DNA of 64,000 nt from assembly GCA_029261995.1 (NCBI GenBank), contig JAJDAF010000060.1:21963-85962 (forward strand), written 5' to 3'. Positions 19,520 to 29,376 of the stretch are shown in pieces. Every line of letters begins with the position of its first letter. Within the stretch, counting starts at the first letter, position 1. Source of the DNA: Candidatus Zhuqueibacterota bacterium. Lineage in GTDB: Bacteria; Zhuqueibacterota; Zhuqueibacteria; Oceanimicrobiales; Oceanimicrobiaceae. The position numbers and the translations under genes were made by a program. Below the pieces are notes generated by a model. The model saw only the letters and a program-made list of their open reading frames with translations. It made no database searches and had not been told where the DNA came from.

Positions 19520-21121
19520 ATGATTGCAAAAGCACGCTGGCTCGCCCTGCTTCATCTGAGTAGCTTGGCTCTGTGTTCAGCCGGCTTCTGTTTCTCCGAT
19601 GGGGAAAGTGGCTTCCGCGTCCGGCCCTATCTGCAGAATCCATCCGCAACCGAGATGACCCTGATTTGGTTTTCCGAAGACGATTCTCCCGGGTTTGTGA
19701 CTTACGTAGAGGAAGGTTCATCCGCAAGCAAGAGCCTGAGTTCTGTTCCTGTTCCGGCTGAAGCGCTTGCCTATTCAGACTGGGAGAATCAGACGTTTCT
19801 CAATGGCGAAGCTCCGGCGCCGCCCTATCGACATCGGGTCCGGCTAAAAGAACTGACGCCAAACACCACTTATGTCTACACCGTGCAGCAGGGCGAGAGC
19901 CAGTTCAGCGCGCATTTCAGAACGGCGCCCGGTCCGCAAAATGCCATCCGCTTTGTGGTTTACGCGGACTGCGAAACCGAGCCGGAGTCAACTGGAAAAC
20001 AAGCCAAATGGGTAGCGCCCGTCAGCGGCAAGGCGCGCACCTATCTTCTCGACCAGACCGTTGGCTATGCCAACAATCTGAAAGTCATCAAAGCCCGGCA
20101 GCCCGACTTCGTGGCCATTGCCGGCGACCTGGTTGAGTCTGGCGGCGAGCAGCGCGACTGGGATGAATTCTGGCGCCATCTCACGGGCGCAGAGCAAGCT
20201 GCCGGTATCGCGAGCGAAATCCCGTTTTTCGCTGCGCCTGGTAATCATGAATATTATGAGGGTCCTCGCCTGGACGGCTATCGCCAGCCGGGCTCGGAGC
20301 GGGCCGTGGCACGCTTTCGAACCTACCTTGAGTCGCCAGCCAACCTTTCCCCGGTGCCGGAGCATGAAGGCCGCTACTTCCGCGTCGATTATGGGCCCGT
20401 CACCCTTCTGTTTCTCGACGTGACCAACGGCACTCCTGGTGGCTCAATAAATGATACAAACTTTTTCTTGCTTGGTGAGCGAGACCAGTCGGGTGGCCAT
20501 TCACCGGGATTCAATCCCGGCTCCGAGCAATGGTCGTGGCTCGAGACCGAGTTGGAGGCATCCCGAAACCACAGCGCATTTACCTTTGTGGTTTTCCATC
20601 ACAGCCCATATTCTTCCGGTCCCCATGGCTGGCCGCCCGGCGTTGGAGACGGTCTGGACAAACAATCCGGTGTGCCCGTTCGCAGGCTAACTCAGTTATT
20701 TATGCGCTACGGCGTGGATGCCGTTTTCAGTGGCCATGATGAAATCTGGGAACGGTCAGAGGTCACTGGAAGAGAGATCGCAGCGGACGGCCGGATGGGA
20801 TTTGAGACCCATACCATTCATTTCTACGATGTCGGAATTGGCGGTGATGGCCTGCGCGGTCCCGAAGCGGGGCTGAGCAACCCCTACCAAAAATATCTCG
20901 CCCACCGAGATTCACCGGAGGTCTGGCAAGATGGGGTTCTGCTTGACGGCGGCAAACACTACGGCCATCTCGAAGTGAATATTGTGCCGCTGCCCGACAG
21001 CACCTGGCAGGCGGTTTGCGAGCCCGTCTATGTCTTCCCGGTTTTTGATTCAGATTCTACGTTAAGCGGCTTTGAACGCAGGGTTTATGATGACGTGGTG
21101 ACTTTGGTGAGTGACCGCTGA
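19520..21121 (+). CDS. calcineurin-like metallophosphoesterase, purple-acid-phosphatase-like
   Basis: 533 aa. Signal peptide, an N-terminal PAP-type fibronectin-like domain, and GDLVESGG...GNHEY...VVFHHSPYSS metallophosphoesterase motifs. Confidence 0.75.
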   Translation: MIAKARWLALLHLSSLALCSAGFCFSDGESGFRVRPYLQNPSATEMTLIWFSEDDSPGFVTYVEEGSSASKSLSSVPVPAEALAYSDWENQTFLNGEAPAPPYRHRVRLKELTPNTTYVYTVQQGESQFSAHFRTAPGPQNAIRFVVYADCETEPESTGKQAKWVAPVSGKARTYLLDQTVGYANNLKVIKARQPDFVAIAGDLVESGGEQRDWDEFWRHLTGAEQAAGIASEIPFFAAPGNHEYYEGPRLDGYRQPGSERAVARFRTYLESPANLSPVPEHEGRYFRVDYGPVTLLFLDVTNGTPGGSINDTNFFLLGERDQSGGHSPGFNPGSEQWSWLETELEASRNHSAFTFVVFHHSPYSSGPHGWPPGVGDGLDKQSGVPVRRLTQLFMRYGVDAVFSGHDEIWERSEVTGREIAADGRMGFETHTIHFYDVGIGGDGLRGPEAGLSNPYQKYLAHRDSPEVWQDGVLLDGGKHYGHLEVNIVPLPDSTWQAVCEPVYVFPVFDSDSTLSGFERRVYDDVVTLVSDR

Positions 21122-21473
21122 CTTTTTCGAGGCATTCTGTTTGAGCGCATAAGAGTTGTCCTCGCAACCGCACCTTGCCTTCATCAGAAATCATTCGTTT
21201 CTTGTCCAGATGTCATGGTGAGGGAGTGACGAGCCCGGTTGTCTCGCTCACAATGCCAGTCCGATAGAAGCCGCAACCAGAGATATTCAAAACTTGCCAC
21301 GGATGCACACGGATTTTCACTGATGTCTGAGGGTGTGTTGCGAAAAACAATTCGAACGCTTTCTGGTTATTGAAAGAATTGCATCAAGAACTCACCGAAC
21401 AAATCCGTGGCTAGTTTCATTTTTGCGCAAAACTCCGTGATATCAATATGAAGCAATCAAGCCAGAGAAAACT

Positions 21474-21935
21474 ATGAACTCGGACAAATTCCGCGCGGGA
21501 GTTGGTGCCATTATCGTCAACGATGCGGGAAAAGTACTCGCCTTCAGACGCAAGAACAGCGACGATGCCTGGCAATTGCCGCAGGGTGGATTGGATAAAT
21601 CAGAGCAGGCTTTGGACGGCATTGTTCGGGAGGTTTTCGAGGAAACCGGGCTTGCCGACGGCGAGTTGCAACTCATTGCCGAGCACCCCTTGTGGCTCGC
21701 GTATGAGTTCCCCGAAGACATCTCCGCGAGCATGCATTTCCGGGGTCAGGTGCACAAGTGGTTCCTGTTCAGGCTGGGCGCAGCCTACTCCGACTCGCAC
21801 CTGGCTCGGTCAACGGATGAGGAATTCGACGCCTGGTCGTGGCTGACCATTGAGGAGCTTTGCGAAAAGACCGTGCCGTTCAAAGTGAAAATCTACAAAG
21901 CGCTCAAGCAGGAGTTCACAGAATATCTGGCGTAG
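21474..21935 (+). CDS. NUDIX hydrolase (RppH-like)
   Basis: Nudix box GGLDKSEQALDGIVREVFEETGL. Confidence 0.8.
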   Translation: MNSDKFRAGVGAIIVNDAGKVLAFRRKNSDDAWQLPQGGLDKSEQALDGIVREVFEETGLADGELQLIAEHPLWLAYEFPEDISASMHFRGQVHKWFLFRLGAAYSDSHLARSTDEEFDAWSWLTIEELCEKTVPFKVKIYKALKQEFTEYLA

Positions 21936-21993
21936 CAGGGCAAGAAGGTCGATGGTCAGAAAACCCTCGACCTTCTTGAGACGGAACCAGCCT

Positions 21994-22902
21994 TTAGCGT
22001 CTTCTCTTTCCACCCTTCTTTACCTTGGTCTTTTTGGCGCCTTTGGCCCGGGTTGTTTTCTTCCCGCCTTTGGTTTTGGTGGTTTTCTTGACGCCCACCT
22101 TCGTTGTCGTCTTACCCGTTCTGGGATTCTTTGTCCTCTTGGCTCCAGCTTTCACCGTCGTGGTTTTTCCCGTCTTTGGGTTCTTGCGTGTGACGCTCGC
22201 TTTGCGAGTGACGGTGGTTCGTTTGCGCACATGAGTTGAGGTCCGCGGCTTGTAGTTGACGCGGGTAACGGTTCTCACCCGTGTGGTTCGTGTGGCGGCA
22301 AACGTAGGTCTGGTTCTGAAGTGGACCGTGCGGGTGCGATAAACGTTGACATGCACGGGACGAAAGGGTCGCCACCAGCGCGGGTAGAAACCATAATAGA
22401 AGGTCGAGCGGTATGGCCGGTAGAGCGGCCGGTACATCCAATGAATGATGGGCCAGGTATGAACATGCACATGTGCCGGCGCCACGTAGTAGTCAGCGCC
22501 GTAAATCTCATCGTTGCCGTGCACCTGCATGTTGTACTTTTCGTCGCTTTCCTTTTCCAATTCGATGGTGGCGACGTCCTGGAATTCATTCTCCGCCAGC
22601 GCAGCCTGCAAAATGATGACGCGGGTGTCGTCCGCGGCTTCTTCAACCACGCGCACGTAATCGACTTCGTCATCTTCATTCAAGTCCAGGTTATTGACGC
22701 CACTCTCAGGGTCATTGAGCGCTTTTTCGAAAGCTTCCAGGTTTTCGGCCTCTTTGAATAGCTCGCCCACCACCTGCAGGTCGAGGCCTTCACCAGCTTC
22801 TGATGGTGGCGCGACCACGGCGACGCTCTCTTGCGGCAAAGCCGGTTGCACCAGCAACAGCAACAGAATCAGGCTTGCAAGAGATTGGATTCGATGTTTC
22901 AT
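21994..22902 (-). CDS. secreted protein with an acidic N-domain and an extremely Lys/Thr/Arg-rich tail
   Basis: Signal peptide MKHRIQSLASLILLLLLVQPALPQ. C-terminal 90 aa is KTGKTTTVKAGAKRTKNP...KKGGKRRR, resembling a histone H1 tail. The ORF's upstream extension to 22992 is probably not translated. Confidence 0.55.
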   Translation of the reverse strand: MKHRIQSLASLILLLLLVQPALPQESVAVVAPPSEAGEGLDLQVVGELFKEAENLEAFEKALNDPESGVNNLDLNEDDEVDYVRVVEEAADDTRVIILQAALAENEFQDVATIELEKESDEKYNMQVHGNDEIYGADYYVAPAHVHVHTWPIIHWMYRPLYRPYRSTFYYGFYPRWWRPFRPVHVNVYRTRTVHFRTRPTFAATRTTRVRTVTRVNYKPRTSTHVRKRTTVTRKASVTRKNPKTGKTTTVKAGAKRTKNPRTGKTTTKVGVKKTTKTKGGKKTTRAKGAKKTKVKKGGKRRR

Positions 22903-23122
22903 GGGTTCCTCCTCGGTTTGGTGGTGAGCCTTACACACGCTGAAAAATACACAACGTAGCTGCAATATACCGCTGAGGTAATGCAAGATCAAGGATTATT
23001 GTCTTATGTAACCGGTTTGGTTAATTACGCACGCTCCCGTTTCGTATGTACTTATTTAAGTAGCCATTTAAGTATCGATCTGACGGCAATTCCACCACCA
23101 ACTCAGGCGCTGCAACAATGCA

Positions 23123-26100
23123 GTGGATTACGTCATGCAATTTCTTCAATTGCCAGTTTTTATACTGGTCGCGACCCTTACCGGCGGCGGGCTTTTCGCT
23201 CAAGAGACCGTCAGCGACACCTCTCGATTTATTTCCAGCCACGACGCGCAAGTAAAGTTCTCGAGTCCGAGTAAGAATTACGGAATCAAGACGACCGCCA
23301 AGGTCGAGCGCGGTGTTTTCAACACTTACCTGAAATTTGAAGTTGCGGGTCTGAGCGCTCCGGTTCAAAATGCTGTAGTCAGACTATTTGCCGTGGATGG
23401 CAGCGATGACGGTGGCGCCATCCACCTGGTCTCCAATAACCATTCCGGTACAGTGACGCCCTGGGATGAACGGATTTTGACCTGGGCCAACGCCCCGGCA
23501 ATCGAGACACCCGCTTTGAGCGCCGCAGGCAGGGTTCTGGCCGCCACCTTCGTAGATTTCGATGTCACTGCCGCGGTTACGGGAGACGGTATCTTCAGCT
23601 TCGCCATTCAGAATGGCAGTACCAACCGTGTCGAATACAACACCCGCGAAGGCGCCACTCCGCCTGAGCTGATTATCCTGACCGGCACCGATGCCAGCAA
23701 CACCAAACCTGTGGCCCGGAATGACACCTACCTGCTGGACAGTCCGGCGTTGACGCTGCTGCAGCCTGGCGTGCTCGGCAACGACGTCGATGTGGATTCC
23801 GACTTATTGACAGCCACCGTGATTACCCCGCCGCTGCTGGGCAGCCTGACTCTGAATTCGGACGGCTCATTTTCTTACTTGCCGCACCCCGGTTTCCTTG
23901 GAACCGTGAAGTTCTCCTACCAGGCGGCTGACGGTCGCGGGGGCGTCGATCAGGCCATCGTTGCCATCACGGTCACCGACAACGGTTTCGCACAAGCCGG
24001 CATCGTCGAGCCGGTGCTGAGCACTGCGCCGACTGCCGGCAATGCAGATGATCCCGCAATCTGGATTCATCCGACCGAGCCGGAAAGAAGCATCATCGTT
24101 GGCACCGACAAAGTTGCAGGCATCTATGTTTGGAATATGGCCGGGGAGATTCTGCAGGTTCTGCCGCAAACCGGCCGCTCCAACAATATCGAAGTCCGAT
24201 CAGATGTGGAGTTTGCCGGCCAGCGGGTGACGCTGGTGGCCGCGAACCTGCGCGACGCCGGCAAACTTGCTGTGTTCAAACTCAACCCGGACTACACCGG
24301 CTCGAACGTCTTGCTGCCGCTTGCGGACGCCAGCAGCGACAGCAACAACATCCAACCGGACACCTACGGATTCGGGCTTTATCGCCGCCCAGCGGACGCC
24401 GCGTTGTTCGTGTTCGACCGGCCTAAAAATGGCGGCGCCATTCGCCAATATCGAATCTCCGACAACGGAACGGCCTCCGGAGTTTTTGTCACGCCTGTGC
24501 GCGATCTCAACTACGCCGGCAAAACCGCGGAAGGGTTTGTCGCTGACGATGATTTGGGTTTTATTTATATCTCCGAAGAGGGCAAAGGCATTCACAAATA
24601 CCACGCGGACCCGACCATGAACAGCGATGCCATCGCTTTGTTCGCTTTGGAAGACGGAGTCGTAGCCGACCGTGAAGGCGTTGGCCTCTACAAATGCGAC
24701 GACGGCACCGGCTACCTGCTGCTCTCCAGCCAAGGCAATTCGACGGTTAAGATCTATGAACGCCAGGGCAGCAATCGCTTCCTGAAGACGATCATCCCAG
24801 CGGCGGCTAGTGGAGATTATTGGCTCGGTGCCGATGGCCTGGAAGTCACTTCCTCCACCGCTGGCCCATCCTTTCCAAAAGGCTTCGTGGCCGTGCACGA
24901 CGAAGCCGGTAGCCGATTCCACCTTTACGATTGGGAAGCTTTCGCCGGCGCCGATTTGAACATCTGTGTCGATGGTGGTGGCGGTCACCAGAATTTGCCG
25001 CCGGTGGCTGCAACTGACACGGTCCGCACGAGAGAGAACACGCCGGTGTCGGCAGACGTTCTTGCCAATGACCGCGATCCGGATGGACAGCTTGTTCCGG
25101 CTACCATCGCGATTACGACACAGCCCGGCCACGGAACGGCGAGCATCAACAGCGCTGACAGTCGCATCATTTATTCTCCGCATGCCGGCTTCAGCGGCAC
25201 GGATAGTTTCACCTACTCTATCAAAGATGAGCGGGGCGCTGTTTCAACTCCGGCCCGTGTGACGGCTATCGTGACCGAAAAGACCGGCGAAAGCGGCGTG
25301 CTGCAAATTGCAGCAAACCAGGACGCCTACGTGAAATCGACGCGAGCCACCAGAAACTATGGTAACCGAACGCTTCTCAAAGTGGACCATCCCGAGTTTC
25401 ACGCCTATTTGAAATTCACAGTTGAAGGCATCACCGGACCGGTTGAGAGTGCCATAATCAGAATGGTGGTGCTCAACGGCAGTATCGATGGCGGCTCTAT
25501 CTACTCGGTGTCCAACAATTTTCAGGGCACAAACGAACCGTGGACGGAATCGCTTGTCTCGTTCAACAACGCGCCATTGCTTGGCCCGTCAGCCCTCAGT
25601 TCCGTTGGCGCGGTCGCAGTTGGGCAGACCGTTGAGTTTGACGTGACAGCGGCTATTTCAGGGGACGGTACTTTCAGCTTTGCTGTAAAGAATCAGTCCA
25701 GCGATAAGGCTGAGTACAGCTCCAAAGACGGCGATTCCCCGCCCGAGCTCATCATTCGGATGGGAGACAGCGGTGGTGGCGGAGACAATGTACGACCCGT
25801 AGCAGTTGATGACGATGCAACCACAAACAAGGGCGTCGCCGTCAAGGTTCCTGTTCTCAGCAATGACCACGATCCTGACGGCAGGCTGGTGGTTTCGACG
25901 GTCACAATTTCGACATCACCGCTCAACGGCAACGTCAGTGTCGCTTCGGCCACAGGCATTGTGACTTACACGCCAAACCCCGGCCTGGTTGGCCGCGACC
26001 GCTTTCTCTACACCGTGAAAGATGATGACGGCGCCGTTTCGGATCCCGCGACGGTTTTGGTGACGGTGACAACCGGCGGAGCGAAGGAGCTGGTTTTTGC

Positions 26101-26899
26101 GCCGACGCATGATGCCCAGGTTAAAGCTTCGCGGCCAACGCGGAACTACGGTGGCAAAGAGACTGTCAACGTGGAAGCCGAGTCCTACCGCGCCTATTTT
26201 AAATTTGTGGTTATCGGCGTCAGCGGTCAGATGCAGAGTGCCCGCTTGCGGCTGTATGCAGTCGGCGCCAGTGTGGATGGCGGGCAAGCGTTTGCCGCTT
26301 CAAATACCTATGCCAGCAGCCCCACAGTATGGGAAGAAAGCGGCATCAACTGGACAAATTCACCGCTGCTGGCGGGCCAGGCATTGAGTTCGGCCGGCGT
26401 CGTTGCTTCCGAGACACACGTGGAGTTTGACGTCAAGTCGGCGATTTCAGGCGATGGGGTTTATACTTTTGCACTCAGCAGCGCATCTGCCGATAAGGTC
26501 GCGTACAGCACGAAAGAGGGACTAGCCGCGCCAGAACTCATTCTTGAAGTCGCTTCCGCCGTCGCCAGTGATGAGACCTTGACGTTAGCGGCAAATGTGG
26601 GTGATGAGCCACCGCTTCCTGACCGCATGTCGCTCAGTCAGAATTACCCGAACCCATTCAATCTGGAGACGCGCATCGAGTATGCCCTGCCGCAGGCAAC
26701 GCGAGTCCGGTTAACGCTGTACAACCTGTTGGGCCAGGAGATCCACCTGCTGGTGGATGAGATTCAGGAGCCCGGTTTCAAACGAGTCTTTTGGAATGGC
26801 CGTGACCAGCGTGGTTTCGAAATGGCATCGGGCATCTATTTCTTGAGATTGCAGGCCGGGCGGCAAACGCTGACTCGCAAAGTTTCTTTGCAGAAATAG
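23123..26899 (+). CDS. large secreted multidomain protein: beta-propeller phytase-like domain, cadherin-like repeats, three repeated binding-type modules, T9SS C-terminal sorting domain
   Basis: NADDPAIWIHPTEPERSIIVGTDKVAGIYVW matches the Bacillus 3-phytase beta-propeller signature (DDPAIW). Cadherin-like GVLGNDVDVDSD and VLANDRDPDG. Three copies of an about 120-aa module of the form AQVK-S-P-RNYG...YLKF-V-G...VVRL...VDGS-DGG. C-terminal LSQNYPNPFNLETRIEY...GIYFLRLQAG is a T9SS CTD. Confidence 0.7.
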   Translation: MDYVMQFLQLPVFILVATLTGGGLFAQETVSDTSRFISSHDAQVKFSSPSKNYGIKTTAKVERGVFNTYLKFEVAGLSAPVQNAVVRLFAVDGSDDGGAIHLVSNNHSGTVTPWDERILTWANAPAIETPALSAAGRVLAATFVDFDVTAAVTGDGIFSFAIQNGSTNRVEYNTREGATPPELIILTGTDASNTKPVARNDTYLLDSPALTLLQPGVLGNDVDVDSDLLTATVITPPLLGSLTLNSDGSFSYLPHPGFLGTVKFSYQAADGRGGVDQAIVAITVTDNGFAQAGIVEPVLSTAPTAGNADDPAIWIHPTEPERSIIVGTDKVAGIYVWNMAGEILQVLPQTGRSNNIEVRSDVEFAGQRVTLVAANLRDAGKLAVFKLNPDYTGSNVLLPLADASSDSNNIQPDTYGFGLYRRPADAALFVFDRPKNGGAIRQYRISDNGTASGVFVTPVRDLNYAGKTAEGFVADDDLGFIYISEEGKGIHKYHADPTMNSDAIALFALEDGVVADREGVGLYKCDDGTGYLLLSSQGNSTVKIYERQGSNRFLKTIIPAAASGDYWLGADGLEVTSSTAGPSFPKGFVAVHDEAGSRFHLYDWEAFAGADLNICVDGGGGHQNLPPVAATDTVRTRENTPVSADVLANDRDPDGQLVPATIAITTQPGHGTASINSADSRIIYSPHAGFSGTDSFTYSIKDERGAVSTPARVTAIVTEKTGESGVLQIAANQDAYVKSTRATRNYGNRTLLKVDHPEFHAYLKFTVEGITGPVESAIIRMVVLNGSIDGGSIYSVSNNFQGTNEPWTESLVSFNNAPLLGPSALSSVGAVAVGQTVEFDVTAAISGDGTFSFAVKNQSSDKAEYSSKDGDSPPELIIRMGDSGGGGDNVRPVAVDDDATTNKGVAVKVPVLSNDHDPDGRLVVSTVTISTSPLNGNVSVASATGIVTYTPNPGLVGRDRFLYTVKDDDGAVSDPATVLVTVTTGGAKELVFAPTHDAQVKASRPTRNYGGKETVNVEAESYRAYFKFVVIGVSGQMQSARLRLYAVGASVDGGQAFAASNTYASSPTVWEESGINWTNSPLLAGQALSSAGVVASETHVEFDVKSAISGDGVYTFALSSASADKVAYSTKEGLAAPELILEVASAVASDETLTLAANVGDEPPLPDRMSLSQNYPNPFNLETRIEYALPQATRVRLTLYNLLGQEIHLLVDEIQEPGFKRVFWNGRDQRGFEMASGIYFLRLQAGRQTLTRKVSLQK

Positions 26900-27268
26900 G
26901 GGTTGCTCCACGGGATTAAGCTTTTGTTACTTTCATCCGCGCCCGGCGGCGTTGCCTGTAAAGATGCAGTGATAGATTTGAGTTACACCATGGTGATCCT
27001 CCATTCATTGCGGGCGGAATGGTTAGCCGCCCGCAATCGAACTTCTCTCAATCTTCCAATCTAACATAGTCTGGCGAAAGCAGGTAATGTCATCGCGCGC
27101 TGTTTGCGATGTGATCTTCATCCGGAGCAGCGAGATTGCCGGGGGGCTTCAATTCTGAGTGGGTTCTAGCGGGCGTTCTCCCAAGATATTTTTTCCCGCC
27201 CTAATCTTCAGAAGATATAGGATGTTGCCGATAACGTAGCCTGACAGTACAATTCAATCATTCCAGAC

Positions 27269-28179
27269 TTGTTAAATCGAATGACCTCATCGCGTGACGA
27301 GGCGAGTTCAGAGCGATACATGGACGAACACGATGAACTCTTGAAAATCTTCCTGGACGAGTGCAAAGAGAATATCGATCTGCTCGATCAGGAGATTGTC
27401 AACCTCGAGAGTCAGCCCGACGATCGCGAACTGCTCGACAATATTTTTCGCGCCTTCCATACCTTAAAAGGTAACGCTGGCATTGTCGGCATGAATCGCT
27501 TCGGCGCCCTGGCGCACATCACCGAAGAAGTACTCACCGAAATTCGGGACGGCAAACGCCAGATCAGCTCTGAGGTCGTTACCTTCTTGCTGGACTCTCT
27601 GGATCAGCTGAAAGTACTGCACAAGGCCATGACAGAGACGGGTAGCGACGAAGTTGAAATCGATGAGGTGCTACCTCCCCCAAGAACAACTACATCTGAA
27701 CAATCTTCTGAGCCAAAAGAAGAAGCCTGCACAAAGCCAAACGACCCTCAAAGCGAAGCCGAACAAGACGCTCTGGAAGAAGCAAACAAGCAGTCTGTTT
27801 CAGAAGATCGGGAACTGGCTTCACGGAAGACGGAAGGCGAAAAAAGCGGTGGAAATCTCGAAGAGCCTGTTGGGCCGGAGCAAAAGCCACCATCAAAAAA
27901 GAAAAGTGATAACGACCCTGAACCACCAGCTCTTAAGTCGTTAGAAAAGCAAGCGCTGTCAAAAGACTCAACGACGAAGAAGAAAGCAGGTAAACCCGAG
28001 GTCGGCGAGTTATGGAACAAAGGCGATTCCGCCATCAGAGTTGATGTTTCGGTACTGGATGACCTGATGGATTTTGTCGGCGAGCTAGTGCTTTCGCGTA
28101 ACCAGATTCTGCAGTTTTCAGAAACTCTCCCGGACACAAACTTTGATTCTACCTGCCAACGCCTGGATACCATATTCTG
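27269..28179 (+). CDS. Hpt-domain phosphotransfer protein with a CheA-like segment; reading frame breaks around 28150-28180
   Basis: N-terminal Hpt (FHTLKGNAGIVGMNRFGALAHITEEVL), an E/K/P-rich linker, then IRVDVSVLDDLMDFVGELVLSRNQ, which resembles the start of the CheA dimerisation domain. Past 28150 the translation reads as nonsense and overlaps the next gene. Confidence 0.5.
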
Positions 28180-29367
28180 GTGGTCGATGACAACCAGACA
28201 AATCGTCTTGTTCTCAACAAAACTCTGTCCGCCTGGGGTGCAAAAGTATGGGAAGCCGAACACGGCATGGCTGCTCTGCAGCTTTTGGAAGAGAAAGACT
28301 TGTCGTTCGACCTGGTCATTCTTGACCACCAAATGCCGGAGATGGACGGAGTCCAAGTTGCCGAGGCTATCCGCAAGAAGAAACAAAATCGCAACCTGCA
28401 AAGGATAATGCTTTCATCCTGGGGCGGCGTTCCCTCGCAGGTCCAGGAAGAGCTGCGGATATCCAGAATGCTTACCAAGCCGGTAAAGCGGTCGGATCTC
28501 CATGAAATCCTGAGACAGGAATTCAACTTATCGCCTGCCGCGCAGCCGGTCGCCACGCCGTCCGCCATGCAGCGCGAGAAATCCCGAATCCTGCTGGTTG
28601 AGGACATCCCTGAGAACCGGGACCTGGCTTTGAGAATTCTTGTCAAGGCCGGTTATCCGGTGGACTATGCCGAGAACGGTCGAGATGCGGTAGACACGGT
28701 TATGCAGCGTCATTACGACCTGATTTTTATGGACATCCAAATGCCGATTATGGACGGCTTGGAGGCGACTCGCGAGATCCGCAAGCTTGAGAAGCATCTG
28801 GGCGATGAGCGGACTCCCATACTTGCGCTGACGGCGCACGCCTTGCAAGAGTACCGTGAAAAATGCGTTGTCTTGAGTATGGATGACTTCCTCACCAAAC
28901 CCATCCGCAAGAAGGTCATCTTGGACGCCGCTGCCAAGTGGATTGATACCCGTCATCGAATTTTGATTGTGGATGATTCGGCCTGTAATCGCAACCTGCT
29001 CGCACACAATTTGAGCAAGAGCACTGACTTCAGGCTGCTGTTCGCCCAAAATGGCCAGGAGGCGGTTCAGACGTTCCAGCGCTATCAGGTTTCGTTGGTC
29101 TTAATGGATATGGAAATGCCAGTCATGAACGGCTATGATGCCACACAGGCCATCCGTGAGCTGGATTCGGGACAGCATGTCCCAATCGTGGCTTTGACCG
29201 GCCATGAAGGCGAGGAAGCAAAGCAAAAGTGTCTGGATGCCGGCTGCTCGGACTATTTATGCAAGCCTATCAAAAAGGCCGCTTTGCTCGAGGCGGTGCA
29301 TTCCTTTATAGATATCTCCAGGGATTCGGGGGCACCCATTGAATCCGACGCTGCGGATAAGATATGA
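28180..29367 (+). CDS. response regulator with three tandem receiver (REC) domains
   Basis: GTG start. Three REC modules (VVDDNQTNRLVL..., ILLVEDIPENRDLALRIL..., ILIVDDSACNRNLLAHNL...), each with the conserved D and a T/K. No output domain. Confidence 0.75.
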   Translation: MVDDNQTNRLVLNKTLSAWGAKVWEAEHGMAALQLLEEKDLSFDLVILDHQMPEMDGVQVAEAIRKKKQNRNLQRIMLSSWGGVPSQVQEELRISRMLTKPVKRSDLHEILRQEFNLSPAAQPVATPSAMQREKSRILLVEDIPENRDLALRILVKAGYPVDYAENGRDAVDTVMQRHYDLIFMDIQMPIMDGLEATREIRKLEKHLGDERTPILALTAHALQEYREKCVVLSMDDFLTKPIRKKVILDAAAKWIDTRHRILIVDDSACNRNLLAHNLSKSTDFRLLFAQNGQEAVQTFQRYQVSLVLMDMEMPVMNGYDATQAIRELDSGQHVPIVALTGHEGEEAKQKCLDAGCSDYLCKPIKKAALLEAVHSFIDISRDSGAPIESDAADKI

Positions 29368-29376
29368 TCTTGTGGT

